DNA of 64,000 nt from Podarcis gaigeae (taxonomy: Eukaryota). The stretch is from the NCBI GenBank assembly GCA_964106915.2, contig OZ066929.1; one strand, written 5' to 3'. Below, piece after piece: positions 25,581-38,310 of the stretch (positions are counted from its first letter, which is position 1; every line of letters starts with the position of its first letter). The notes under the pieces are model-generated. The model was not told the origin of the DNA. It worked only from the letters and a program-made list of their open reading frames with translations, and searched no databases. The translations under genes were made by a program, and so were the position numbers.

Positions 25581-28199
25581 CTCTAGAGCATTTCAAGCAG
25601 GACTCTCTCACAGGGCAGAGAGCGGGAATGTTATTTCTCAAGTAGCACAGCTCCCCATCGCTGAGGGAGGACTGGAAGCATCCCCTCCCTGACATCCTGG
25701 AGAGCTGCTGCCAGCCAATGTCTGCAATACTGAGCTGGATGGACATTTTCCTACGGACATGAATGTGTTTCCTTCTGACCCACCCTCTTGGTCCCCACTT
25801 CAGTTCTTTGGGGTTCACCAAGTGGCTGCTTGGCCACCTCACAAAACTGACATTGACAGTTACAAACTTTGAGTTTCTCTTTTAATTTGCCCCCCCCCCC
25901 ATGCATGGCGCTTCCCACCACATCCCACGCAAACGGCCACTTCCATGGTGACATATTGTTATAAAGCTTCCCAGAGACACATCAGGATGCCGCCTCTGCT
26001 CTGCCAGGTGCTTTCTTCAGACACAAAGTATTTTTCACGGGCTTCTCCCCAAATGCGGCCCACAGACGACACGTGCAGCCCCCACCCCATAGGAACCTCT
26101 TTGTGCCAATTCATTCAGGAAGCCAGAACAGACCTCCCACAGGGGAGAACATCCTGAGAGTAGCAGGGGGCTCCCACTGGTTGGCTCCCTGTGCCATTGC
26201 CAGCTCCAAGGCTGCCAGGAATGCCAGGTGGCCCTCCTCAGGTGTTCTGAGCTGGCAGGGATCGGAACCCCAAAGGAAGCAGTGCCCATGGCAACAGAGC
26301 CTTGGTGGGGCGGGGTTCCGGAACCTTCCAGCCAAGGGGAACACTGGAAAAAAACAGGACTGCTGGCAGGGAAAGATGGCTCAGCTCCTGGAGTATTGGC
26401 TGAATGTGAGAACGCAAGACTGTAAGAACACCCCAGGGGGTCAGGTGAGTGGCTAATCTAGTTCAGTATCATCTTCTCATAGCAGCCAACCAGATGCCCC
26501 CAAACAGGATCTGAACCCAGGAGCTCTTTCCCCTCCTGTGGTTTCCAGCCACTGGTGTTCAGAACCATTGCTGCCTCCAACTGTGGAGGTGGAGCAAAAC
26601 CATCATGGCTAGTAGCCCTCTTCTCCATGAACTTGTCTAATAAAAACATAAGAAAAATCTGCTGGATCAGAGCAAAGGTGGTCCATGTACTACAGCAACT
26701 CCCCCCTCAGCACTACCTGTGTATAAAATGACCCTAAATTTTGAACCTCAGTTTTGGGTCAAAAAAGTTCATCTTATACACAGAAAAATATACTAATAAA
26801 ATGCAAAGGCCCAGCAAGGCACCTAGGCTTCCCATCATCCCGTCCTCAAGGAACATTAAGGTGAACACACAACCACTCCATAGAAACTGGCCCCTGAATG
26901 GCAGGAACAACTTTAGGATGACAGCTGAGCTTTGTATTCCAGGTAGGACTTCACTATAGAGTGCAGAGGGGAGAAGCAATGTGGTCCACAGGCTGGAGAG
27001 CTGGATTCAAGTTCTACCAGCTCTTCAGAGGAGTTCCTGGCTGGCTGTGAGCAACGTCTCCATCTCTCAGCCTCAGTCCTCCATCTGCTGTGAGCCACCA
27101 TCCTCAATGAGAGAATCCTGCTTGCAGCCAGCTTCCATCATATTTACTTGAAAATCATATTTACAGCCCAATCAATGCAAGTATGGCTCTATACATGTCT
27201 ATCACCAGTTTCAATACAGACTGCAGCCTTACTAAAACATGTGAGAGGAAACAGCCACAACCCAATGCAAGAACTAAATGTTCACTGTCTTGGGATGGGG
27301 GACAAAAAGTGCATTACATAGTGAGGAGGGTCTTGATCCACGGGACCTCTTTTCAAGACTGATATATGGCACAAACCCACTGTGCAGTCTCAACGGGACA
27401 CATTCTGTGCCAGCCTGTTTTCCACCCAATCTGTTTCTTTCACTTCCATGCTTGCACCCCATTTTTTCAGCACAATCTTAGGGGGAGGCCCTTCTCTTGA
27501 TCCTGCCACCCTCACAGGTAGACGCAGGAGAGGGGCTGCTGCTCCCCCAGACAACTTTGGAGCTCCCTTCCTAGAGAGATTAAAGCTGGTTCCCTCTTTG
27601 CTGTCCTCTGGAGGGTGGGTGAAGAAGACCTTTCTTCAACAGGCCTTTGGGGAACTGACTGCTTTTAAGGAAACAGCTCTTAATATTATTGATTGACTGC
27701 CCTTTCCCACAAGGCCCCAGGGTGAGTCACAACTCCAAGCACAACTTTAAAACTACAGTACTTGCAATCATCAAATGAGGTGGGTCCTTTTAAACAACAG
27801 CCTTCCGTGCTGTTCTTGCTTTGCTTTGTTACTGCTTGCAGTATAACAGATCAAGTTTCTTTCAAACATCGCTCTAACTCCATTGATGTTTTAATCACTA
27901 AAAACAACCACCATGGTCTTTTATGTTTTTAAAACATAATGCATGTGTTTTATGCATTGGTGAGTTTTTAACGTTTTATGATGTTTTTACATGTGTTGGA
28001 AGCCACCAATAGTGGGTGGGGTATAAATAATAAAAACTACTATTATTACTATCATTATCTTCACGTATTCTGTGCTTCACGGCTGTGTTTTGTTTTTAAT
28101 CTTTCATGAGTCGCCTTGAGGGAAAGGCGGGGTGCAAATGAATAAACAGAATAAAAACGAAAAACCCCACCTAGATCAAATTAAATATAGAATAACGAT

Positions 28200-28860
28200 G
28201 AGTGTGATAATGGTGGCGATAACGATCCCCTCACGGCAAGAATAACGGCCGAGCGGTGAGAACCGTGACAACCACCGCCACCACGCGGTGGTAACGACAA
28301 GAAGCTCCCCGCAAACTCGCGTGTCGGCGGGCCGTGAGGAAGCGCCCCCGCCCGGCGCGCGCCTCCCCCCGCCACGCCCCCCCGGGCCCGTTCACGCGGA
28401 GCGAAGCCCCGGGCGCGCGCCTCTCCTCCCCCAGCGGCGCGCCCCCGCCCGGCGCGCCCACCTGGTCCTCCGCTGCCCCTGGCCGCCCCCGAGGAGGCCG
28501 CCTCCGCCGCCGCCAGGACGCCCCTCCTCAGCTCCGCCGCCGAGACGCGGACGCGCTCGAGCTCCGCCGCCGCCGCCATTTTGGCTCCCCGGGAAACGAA
28601 ACGGGCGGACGGCGGCCGACGCGGGACAAGTCGCGCCGCGGGCGAGAGCGAGGGGTGGGACGGAACGCGCAGGCGCAGCCTCCATGGAGGAGGGAGGGGC
28701 GGGAAGCAGCTCTCGGGTCTCGAAAGCGCTTCGCCTTTGCCCCGCCCACTGGGCCACGTGGCCAGCCAGGATGCGTAGAGAAAAGAAAGGGTAGAGTAGC
28801 AACTCAGCTCTCGGGGTAGACGAAGAAGAGGACGCCGGAGTCTTCGGTTAAATCCCCGGC
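28200..28860. promoter_or_regulatory. SMG6 CpG-island promoter
   Basis: Very CpG-rich; NRF1-like GCGCAGGCGCA 28667-28677, GC boxes, palindromic E-box GGCCACGTGGCC 28752-28763, YY1-like AAAATGGCGG overlapping the ATG. Confidence 0.8.
28462..28579 (-). CDS. SMG6: SMG6 exon 1 (MAAAAELERVRVSAAELRRGVLA...)
   Basis: ATG at 28579 in a CpG island; resembles the SMG6 N-terminus (LERVRISASELRG); donor CAG|GTGGGC, phase 1. Confidence 0.9.
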
Positions 28861-29646
28861 CTCTCTCGCTCCCTAGCCTGCAATCCGGGAGAGCCGTTTT
28901 GCTGCTAGACGGGCTCAGTATAAGGCAGCATCCTGCTCTCCTGTTTAAACCAGCCTTGTATCTAAAACATTGAGGACCAGATTCCTATTTCATTCTCCCC
29001 CCCAACATGAAATGAGATTTTAGGGCAGCAGCACGTTCAGCTGGTTTAATTTTTAAAAGGTGGTTGCAAAGAGGGGAATTCCTGCTCTGTCTAGAGGGAG
29101 AACGAAGCAGGAATGGGGAAATGTGAATTTAAATGCCGTTGCATCTGTTTCCCCTTCTAGCGGGGTGCATGCCCTCTCCTCAAGCCCTCCAAAAGTTCCT
29201 GGCGACGGCTCCCATCACCCCTGGCAGCAAACGGGCCAGGCTGACTGGAGCCCGTGAGCTGAAGGCCCAAACAGCTGTACAGTAGCAAGTGAGAGCCCCC
29301 TCCTCCATGCATTTGCTTGAGCCTCTTTGAAAGCCCTCCCCATTGCAGGCCCTCACTGCCTCTGGTGGGAGCGAGTTCCATAGTTTCCATATTTGGTGCA
29401 GATGAAATGCAATTTTGGAAAACCTCAAGGGCTGATATTTTTACACAGAGATTTGAGCTAAAAAAGTTTTGCTCCTGCTTTTTGCAGGGGAAGGGAGTGT
29501 GGTGGGGAGATACATGCTGCTACTACCTGAAGGCAGCCCTGTTTAGGAAAGTTTTTAATGTTTGAAGTTTTATTCTATTTAATATTCTGTTGGGAGCCGC
29601 CCAGAGTGGCTGGGTAAACCCAGCCAGATGAGCGGGCTATAAATAA

Positions 29647-29677
<31 letters not shown>

Positions 29678-30063
29678 CATCCCATCCCCGGATGCCCCCA
29701 CTGCCGTCACTAACCGAAAAAGAAACAACATGATGTCAGAAGGAGCTGACAAAATCTGGGCTGGAGGCAAAGCAGTGGTGAGTCTGAGCTAAGACTTGGG
29801 GACATAAAGACATTTGGTCTGGAGCGACTCCCCATGCTGCATTCATGCACACGAAGGACCACATTGGAAAGGCTGGTCTACCTAGGGAAGGTCATTTTCA
29901 AGCTTTTCTGATCCAGGACTGTTTTAACTCAAAACATGTCCGGTTTCTTTCATATTTTGCCATATCGGCATGGCGATAATGATCCTGTTGCAACCCACCA
30001 GTTGAAGACCAGTGGCCTGGGGACCCCCCACGACACCAGGGCACACGGATTACTTCAACACTT

Positions 30064-30073
30064 TTTATTTAAT
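30064..30073 (-). terminator. probable POLDIP2 polyadenylation signal (overlapping ATTAAA/AATAAA); 3'UTR about 2.4 kb
   Basis: Minus strand reads TGTAAATAACTGTAAAC...ATTAAATAAAAAG followed by GT-rich sequence. Confidence 0.65.
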
Positions 30074-32457
30074 AGCTTTTTTTGTTTTTTGTTTACAGTT
30101 ATTTACATGACACGCCCAGCTCCTCTGCCAAAGTCTGGAAGCACTAATGAGGCTAAGGAGAGGATTGCCTCGTCTCTTTTAGACGTGGGTGGGGAAAGTC
30201 TGTAACAAACCCAAGTCCTCTCAGCCCCAGGAGACCTGAGAGTGCCCTCTGCCTAAAAATGTAAAACAAAACCCCTGACACTTGGCAGGGAGCCCCCTCA
30301 CCTCATGGCACTGCTGGCTTCAACACCTTCCCACAGCCAGGAGGGGGGCACTTCCCCAAAGGGACTGAGCTTTGCTCCAGTTCTGAGCCTCCGTGGGGTT
30401 TTGTTTTTGGGCTTATATGAAGGTCAGCTGACAGGCAGAAAAAATTAAAGAGCGGCAGGATAGAAAGCAAGTGGGTGGTGTGGAGGTGGCTGGACTCCCC
30501 CATCCGCTTGGGCATTTAACATCAGCCCTCTGGTAGTTGGGAGAATATTAATTGCGCCTGCAAAATATATAAAACCAGTTGAAGAAATGGGGGGGGAGTG
30601 GCAAGGAGCAGGTGTGAAGGGAAGCTTGCCCAGCCCCAGGCCTGACCTGCCACCATCTAGTCTCCAACGCTTGCTTAATACAGCATGACTGCTTCTTATG
30701 TGGCTTTAACCTGTACAGTTTCAACCATCCATGGCTGAAGGCAGGCTGGTTGAAATTGCACAACTGAAACCCAAGCAAGGCGAAGAGCTTATAAGGTGCC
30801 AGGTCTGCTTGGGGCTAGCTGGTGCCTAAAGAGCTTTTAAGGTTTCTGCTTTGCTTGGGGGACAAAGCTGGCTCACTGTGTCAGCTCTGGGATGCTATCG
30901 CAGGGCCAGCCAAGTTCCTGTGAGATCTTGCCTGAGCATCTCTAGCTTCCCAGAGTTCGCTGGCTGAGTGGGCCTTGATCAGCAAGCAAAGAGTTTAAAA
31001 GCTCCTTTGGACCAGGTCCACTTGGCACAAAAGCCTTGTAAGGACTGGGGGTTCTCTCTTTCTCTCCCCACTCTCCCCTGCTAGCTACAGGGCAAAACCA
31101 AGGGTTTGAGTAGATGCAATTTTCATGTAAACATGGAAATCCTGGAACTGAACTCCCATGTAAGGTGCAATCCTACTGTGCACTCTTCCAGAGACCAAAG
31201 ACGAGCTATAAAGCAGCTCTTGCTTTCACAGCTTAAAAAGCTTTGCCAACCTTGGGCGCTACAGATGTTTGGGACTGAACCTCCTGTCAGTCTGTGCCCC
31301 AGGCTGGCTGAGAAACAATTAACCTTCCACAGGTGGCACTGTCCCTGCCAGGGAAGGCAGCACCAGGAGTGCTGTAGCTACGCATCAGCAGAACGAGACA
31401 GTTGGCAGCTGCCAAACGGGAGGGGAAAACAACAGGTTGTGGCTCTAACAGGACAAGACGACGCAGCGTCACCTAGACTGGCACTGCTGCAGCTCCCTGG
31501 CTTGGCTCTCATCTTTGGCCTTTGATTTGGAGCAGACCTCTTGCAATTTCTGTTCTGCTCCTAGCAGGGAGGCTGGATCCTGAAAGGAGCATCCCTGAGG
31601 CTGCAAACCGACCTGTGGCCCAAGCCCCTGGGGTTGGGAGCCTGCAATATAAATGTCTCTGGAGAAGGAGGTGAGGCCAGATGGAAATGGGATCTAGAGG
31701 AAGCAACACAGCTGGAGGAGGGGGCGGGGGGACACAACATGTGATCTGCAACAGACACCATCACTTGAGGGCCAGAGGACAAGGACATGGAGCCTGTGGG
31801 GACCCTCTAGGCGCTGCCAAACTTCAACTTCCAGCAGTTCTGGTGAGAGAGGAGGATGGGGAATCATAGCCTCGTAACAACCAGAGGGCAATAAGCTCCT
31901 GGCAGAGGCTGCAGGGCAGAGGCCTCCCCACACTCCCCTCCTGCTCTGGCCTTTGCCCAAAAGAGAGGGAGGCTCACTGCTGGGAGGGGCCAGGCCTGGG
32001 ATGGATGTAAATCAGGGCAAGAACGATGGCGGGCGGGATGGTGAGGATACAAAAGGAAGACTTGGGCAGTTCGCTGGGGAGGGCCTGTTTTATTCAGAGA
32101 AAAACACACACTACCTCACATTCCGGGGGGGGGGGCGACTCCATACGACAGTCAGCAGAGACCCTCCCCGTGGGCTCCATCAACAGCAGGTTTGTCCCAG
32201 GTCGCCCGGTACTCTCGAGTCCCTGGGGAGGGGGGCTGATGGCGCCAAGTGGCCATGAAACAAGCCAGGTTTGAATTCCAAGCAAACTCTCCAGATTCCG
32301 GCCATTGTGAAAAAGAAATGGGGGGGGGGGTGTTTCCATGTTTTTGTGTTTTCTTAAAAGAAAAACCAGAACTAGCGTCAGCCCCTGAGAGAGGAAGAAA
32401 AGGGGCTGTTTGTTTGTGGGTATGTTGGGGGGAAGCCAAGCTGTCCTGAGGGCTGCT

Positions 32458-32572
32458 CTACCAGTGGAGGCCAGAAGGGGGCGTCTTCTCGTCCTTATTG
32501 CTTTCCAGGGAAAAGGGTGGGATCCGGACGTCGAAGTGGGAGCCATCGGGCCGCTCAAAGCGGAAAGTGCCC
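32458..32572 (-). CDS. POLDIP2: POLDIP2 exon 11 (terminal coding)
   Basis: GTFRFERPDGSHFDVRIPPFSLESNKDEKTPPSGLHW*, TAG at 32460-32458. Confidence 0.95.
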
Positions 32573-33748
32573 CTACGGAGCAAAAGCAGAGCTCAGAGTG
32601 AGGGGTGACCCAGAGCAGGTTAGGGGGCAGGCGGGGGACACACAACCATGTCACTCTGTTCTGGGCCACTATGGTTTATTATTTCTTAAACCTGATAGCT
32701 CAGGAGGACTGCACTGCCACAATAGGCAAGAGAAAATATATCTGTACTGCAATTTTAACTCCAGCTTCTTCTTTCAGCAAGACCATAAAGAGAGCTCTGC
32801 TGGGTCAAGCCCAAAGGGGCCCATCTAGTCCAGCATCCTGTTCTCACAGTGGCCGACCAGATTCCCCAAAGGGAAACCCACAAGCCCTCTCCCCTCCTGG
32901 GGTTTCCAGCAACTGATAATTAAAAGCATTTCTGCCCCCAACCATGGCAGCAGAGAGGAGCCATCGTGGGTAGCAGCCATCGATAGTCCTCTCCTCCTTG
33001 TTATCCGTTAGCTAGTCTCCTCTCCCTCCTCCAGTACTTTCCATCTTTCCTTCCTTTACGCTTCCCAACGAGTCTGGCAGCTGATGCTGCACATTCTTTT
33101 TAAAGCAGCTCATCAGAACCAGGGTGGGTTGGAGGAACTGGGTTGCATCCAGCTGAATTTTACTCCTAGAGCCAGGAGTCAGTGAAATTAACAGACCTAA
33201 TTTCAGGCAATCTGCTCTGTGTAGGACAAACATCAGATAAAACCTATTATTGGCAGAGACATCTAACAGCAAAGCTCTTCTGTTTATGAACACATTTCAT
33301 AAACATACCAGGCAGGAAAAGGGAAACTTCCAATTGTGTGGCAGTTAACGTAAGTAGCGGCTGCTGGATCAGGCCAAAGGGGGCCCAAAACAGTCCAGAT
33401 TCCTGTTCTCACAGCATCCTACCAGATCTCCCCCCGCCTGTGGTTTCTAGCCACTGGCATTCAGAAGCATTGCTGCCTCCAACTGTGGAGACGGGGCAGA
33501 GCCATCGTGGCTGGCAATAGGTGAAGATTTGATGATCAGAAGTGGCCAGGGCCAACCTGAGGGACCTGTAAACACCAGCCCTCTGATTCAATACATTCCC
33601 AAGGCACGTTTCTCACCCCACCTGGCCAACCTGCCTGTTCAGCCACCTGGCCGCCACCACCTTGGGGAGGCTGCCCCCAGGGAAGCTGGCTTCCCACCCT
33701 CCTCTCTGGTCTTTCCTGCTGTGGCTCTGGAAGCCTCCGGTTCCTTAC

Positions 33749-33828
33749 CACATGTGGCCGCTGGATGCTTGCAGGGAGACATGGCTGCTGTACTGGAAGG
33801 CTGGCTGTTCTTTGGACAGGACTGGCTC
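33749..33828 (-). CDS. POLDIP2: POLDIP2 exon 10
   Basis: EPVLSKEQPAFQYSSHVSLQASSGHMW. Confidence 0.95.
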
Positions 33829-34724
33829 CTGGGGAGAGAAAACCAAGCATCACTGGAGAGCCGTCTTCCGCCTCACCTCCTGCTCTGCAATAAGAACAGT
33901 CTTCACCAACCATCTGGGGGCTGATGGGAGTTGTTCATGCTAAACTGCTTTGTTCTGTTTGAGACTTCTTCCATGAAGAAGAACATAAGACCGGCTGCGA
34001 GACCTGGAAGACCTTGCAGGTCCTTTTCCACTTGGCCTGGGTGGGTGGGGACCTGGCTGACTCCAGCTACAAATGCTGAGGCCAGAGACGATCTTGGCTG
34101 TCTTTCAGTGCAGACCCAGGTCTTCCAGCCTGAGCTTCCACAGCCACTGCCCGCCATGAACCACCACTGGCAGGACTGGCAGCAACAGCGGCAGACACAT
34201 TCTATGCTTAAGACAATATTTCATTCTCTTGCCAATTACGCTGTTTTAAATGTGCATTTTATAGCTGACTTCCTTCAATAATGTTTTCCTTTGATATGTT
34301 AAAGATTTTTTTTGTTAACTTTGCTGCATTAAATGTGCATTCTGCAGCTGACCTCTTTTGCAATTATCTTTTAAGATAATAACTCAGCTTCCTGTATTAT
34401 GTGGCTTCGAATGTAGACTTTATATTTGACTTTCTTCAGTAATGTTTTAATGTAGGGTTGTTAAACCACTTTGAGATTTTGTGTTCTTAAAAATATAGAT
34501 ACAGAAACGAAATGTATATTAACAGTCATGGTAGGAGCCTGCGGCTGCATCACACCAATGGCCCATCCTGTTGTCACAGTAGCCCACCAGAAGCCCCAGT
34601 GAGTAGACCTTTGGCAAAACCCGAGCACAAGAGCCCCCTCCCCTCCTGCAGAGCCAGCCACTGGTACTCAGAGGCAAGAGATAAAAGGCCAGTTTTAAAC
34701 CCCCACCGGGGGGGGGGCACTTAC

Positions 34725-34850
34725 TCTCCCCACGACCCCTCGGCCGCGGACTGTCTCCAGCGTGCCCGACAAGCTGAATATCCTCCAGTGCCGTTCCCGG
34801 AGCTGCACAACTTCGTTGTTGAGGTTCTCCAGGCGGATGCAGTAGCGCCA
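34725..34850 (-). CDS. POLDIP2: POLDIP2 exon 9
   Basis: WRYCIRLENLNNEVVQLRERHWRIFSLSGTLETVRGRGVVGR (AAG acceptor). Confidence 0.94.
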
Positions 34851-35024
34851 CTTGATGCAAGAAGGAGTGAGGAGTCACAGTCAGAGCAGGAGAGCCTACA
34901 GCAAAGGGCTTCCCAGCCAGAAAGGGGGGGGGGCTGCCCACAGAGGCCTAGACACCCTTGCAAGGCCAGAGCCCTCTCCGCCACTCCACCCTTAGCATGC
35001 AAGCCCAGGAGAAAGAGCACTCAC

Positions 35025-35051
35025 CCAGTAGACGTGGGAATTCTGGGCTTC
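35025..35051 (-). CDS. POLDIP2: POLDIP2 exon 8 (27-nt microexon)
   Basis: EAQNSHVYW with strong acceptor and GTGAGT donor; needed to complete the protein. Confidence 0.92.
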
Positions 35052-35766
35052 CTGCAGGAGAGAAGAAGAGAAGGCGGCCTTTGTCATAAACAGTGCACTC
35101 CATGTCAGAAACCCATGGCTACCGGCCGCTCCCCACAGGATTCCCAAGCCCCACATCTCTGGGAGAGACAAGGAAGGGCTGGCCAACAGAGAAATGATAG
35201 GAGCCTACGATGGGCATTGCAATCTTACTCGGCTACAAGCGATCGCCAAAGAGAAAGAAGACTGCCTTAGTGGCTTTTCAAGAAGTCTGGAGGGGTCTCA
35301 CTCCCAGCAGGCTTCTGTTTATTCATGGCAGCTACTGGGAATCTCTGTCTAAAGCCCTGACAACAGATGTTGAGAAGACCCCTTTTGGTGCCTGCTTAGA
35401 CAAGCCATAGAGAATGGCCAGTGGACTGAAGCCCAACTGACCCTTTTGCCTGACCTAGCACAACAGCCCTTTCTCCTTGCAACCCTGGGACAGTTTGGGA
35501 GAGAACCAGCCACACAGGATGATTTCCTAAAGATCTGGACCCATTCGCTTTGCGACGCAAGATACAGGCCTGAGGATGGCGTATGAAACCTGCAGGGTCT
35601 GCGACACATTCCCCTGGAAGGGCCACCCAACCAGCTGCTCCCGTTTCAAGGTCCCTGAGGATTTGGCGGCACCACGACTTGTGTCGGAAACAATGGCTGC
35701 TGCTGACAGGCGTACCCACAGCGAGCCCTCCAAGGGACCCCAAGGGGCATGGGGCCAGGCACCTAC

Positions 35767-35903
35767 CCGCATGCCCATGTAGAAGGGGATCACTGTGACC
35801 CGGATGTTCTCTGTGGTTTCCCGGTGCACGTCGGACAGCTCCAGCCACGGGTGGTTCTTCTCCTGCCACGCACACAGTGTGTCCCTTGCCACAAAGGGTG
35901 GAA
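35767..35903 (-). CDS. POLDIP2: POLDIP2 exon 7
   Basis: VPPFVARDTLCAWQEKNHPWLELSDVHRETTENIRVTVIPFYMGMR. Confidence 0.95.
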
Positions 35904-36039
35904 CTGGAGGGGAGGGAGACAGAGAAAAAGTTATTTCCAAGGGAAAGTAAGCACAGAAGGTGTTTACCTACAGAAAGTAATGTGGACAAGACTTTGGGGG
36001 AAGCAAGTTGAAGTGGGAATTACAGTATGCGCTTTGCTA

Positions 36040-36540
36040 TATGTGCTTTACAGTATGCCGGAAACTACAACTAATCCAGAATGCGGCAGCTAGACTGGTG
36101 ACTGGGAGTGGCTGCCGAGACCACATAACACCAGTCAACTTCAAAGCGTTGGTGCTGACCTTTAAAGCCCTAAACGGCCTCGGTCCAGTATATCTGAAGG
36201 AGCATCTCCACCCCCATCGTTCTATCCAGACCCTGAGGTCCAGCTCCGAGGGCCTTCTGGTGGTTCCCTCACTGCGAGAAGCCAAGTTATAGGGAACCAG
36301 GCAGAGGGCCTTCTGGGTGGTGCCGCCCGTCCTGTGGAATGCCCTCCCATCAGATGTCAAAGAGGACAGCAACTACCAGACTTCTAGAAGACATCTGAAG
36401 GCAGCCCTGTTTAGGGAAGCTTTTAATGTTTGGTGCATTACAGTATTTTAATATTTTGTTGGAAGCCGCCCAGAGTGGCTGGGGAAGCCCAGCCAGATGC
36501 ACAGGGTATAAATAATAAATGATTATTATTATTATTATTG
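36040..36540 (+). mobile_element. L2-clade LINE 3' fragment with (ATT)n tail
   Basis: RKLQLIQNAAARLVTG..DHITPV..FKALVLTFKALNGLGP.YL; 3'UTR GGAAGCCGCCCAGAGTGGCTGGGG. Confidence 0.8.
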
Positions 36541-37121
36541 CTATATAAATTGTACGTGAAGAGATGTGGAGGAAAAGAGTGTGAGTAATCTGTTTACTCA
36601 GGTTATATTAAGAAAGTGTCAAGAATGTTTGCGCAGGAAGAACTCATCCTTGAGCTCACCCGATAAGGAGGGGGGGGCACCCTGTTCCTCTCGATGCATC
36701 AGGCACCCAGCTCTGCTCATGCAGGAAGGCTTTTCCTCTCTCACAACATGACTTAATTCCTATGTGCTAAGCTAAGGCGAGGGAATGCCTTTTTCTTAAG
36801 CCTGCATGGTTTATAGGCCAAGGGACTCCTCATTTGGGGGTCCCCCAGCGGCCACTGTTGTTCCGACCAAGTACAGCGGTCTCAAACATCAGAATGGTGT
36901 GTTTGTTGAACAAAAATCTGCCACAAACGGTTTTTAAAATGTATCATTCACCTTGCATAAGAAGAAGGGGGAAACCCGAAAAAGGCCACATTTATTGCAG
37001 TTTCTGGCTGAGCTAGTGCACCACTGAAAGCACTGAGCTGTGCTTCAGCCCATGCCTGCCTCTCTTAGATTGGGGAGAACATATTGGCCTTTGCAGCCTT
37101 TCCCCCCAAGTAAGAACTCAC

Positions 37122-37229
37122 CTTTCGTCTGATCGTACAGGAGGAACCGTTCGAACAACTCGTGCTGGATGGGCACCTGGTCGGTGGAGGTATATGGAAG
37201 GATGTCTTCGTGGCTTACATAGTCAAGTC
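37122..37229 (-). CDS. POLDIP2: POLDIP2 exon 6
   Basis: GLDYVSHEDILPYTSTDQVPIQHELFERFLLYDQTK. Confidence 0.95.
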
Positions 37230-37949
37230 CTAGAAGAGGATCCCAGAGAAAAAACACACATCTAGGTATTTGCAGAGGCCAGGTAACAGCAGCCAAGTGC
37301 ATCAGTTGTTATCCTCAGCTTCAGCTTCAGAACACAATCCTGTCCAGAAGCCCCAGCTGACACTCCCACAAAAGACAAATTATCCTACTCGGAGGAACAT
37401 AGGAAGCTGCCTTTTGAAGTAGTGGCTCTAAAGATTCTAGTCCTCATGGCTCCAAATATAGACCAGGTTTCAAACGTTACATAGGAAACTACCTTATCCT
37501 AAGTCAGACCACTGGTCAATCTAGCTGAGTCCCGTCCACACTGACGGGCAGCAGCTCTCAAGGGCTTCAGGCAGGAGCCCCTCCCAGCCCTGCCTGGGGA
37601 CTGAACCCAGGACCTTCTACGTGCAAAGCAGATGATCTGCCACTGAGCGACAGGCTGACTGCTGGTCTAGGTGCCTGATCAGATGGGGGCCTATTTGCCC
37701 AATTGAATGAGATTTTTATATGTTTGTATTATATAGAACTGACCATAAGCACACAAGTCAGGTAAACATGGAATGAGATTTTAAAAAGTAGTCCACAAAA
37801 GGAAAAAGGCTAACCTATTCCTTTATATCTCCTAGTAGATATGTGGTGGTTTTTTTTTTAAAAAAAGAACACCATCTGATTGTAAAAGAAAAACCCCCGC
37901 AACAGTTCACAAAGTAGACCCATTGAAATGAATGGCCACAATTCACATA

Positions 37950-38310
37950 CTGTATTTTCTGGCGTATAAGACTCAAAAGTCAGGGGTCGTCTTATACGCC
38001 GGCTACAGCAGAAGCTCCTGCAGCAACTGCCCACCAAAGGATAAAACGACAGCAAATTAAATCAGAGGACACCAAGCTCTCTAGATGAAGCAGAAATACG
38101 CTTGAAAATTGGCCCCAGAAGCCCCCGGCCACTGAGAAGTGGAGCGGATTTCCCAGCCGGACTGGAGACTGGTTTTGTAAATTTTTATTTGGCGTGCGTT
38201 GGAAGAGGGGTAGTATTATACAGGGAGTATATCCCAAACTCTATATTTTAACTGGAAAAGTTGGGGGGTCATCTTACACGCCCTGTCGTCTTATACGCCG
38301 GAAAATACGG
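37950..38310. mobile_element. Tc2/pogo-type non-autonomous DNA transposon
   Basis: TIR C(T/C)GTATTTTC(T/C)GGCGTATAAGAC at both ends, TA TSD. Confidence 0.85.

Larger units (their letters stand above)
5142..28579 (-). other. SMG6: SMG6 (EST1A, NMD endonuclease) gene, 5' part: exons 1-10, 2833 coding nt; continues beyond left edge
   Basis: Ten GT-AG exons join in consistent phase; EJC-binding motifs RRPDLEIYKPG and KKPDQQIYQPG, and EST1/TPR-like segments (LLWKNAFYQVIE, GDICRY, PKNGRPYNQLA). Confidence 0.97.

Noticed and set aside
29725-29792. C/D-box snoRNA-like ATGATG...CTGA
   Set aside because: C box is imperfect (TGATGT), no terminal stem, no identifiable host intron
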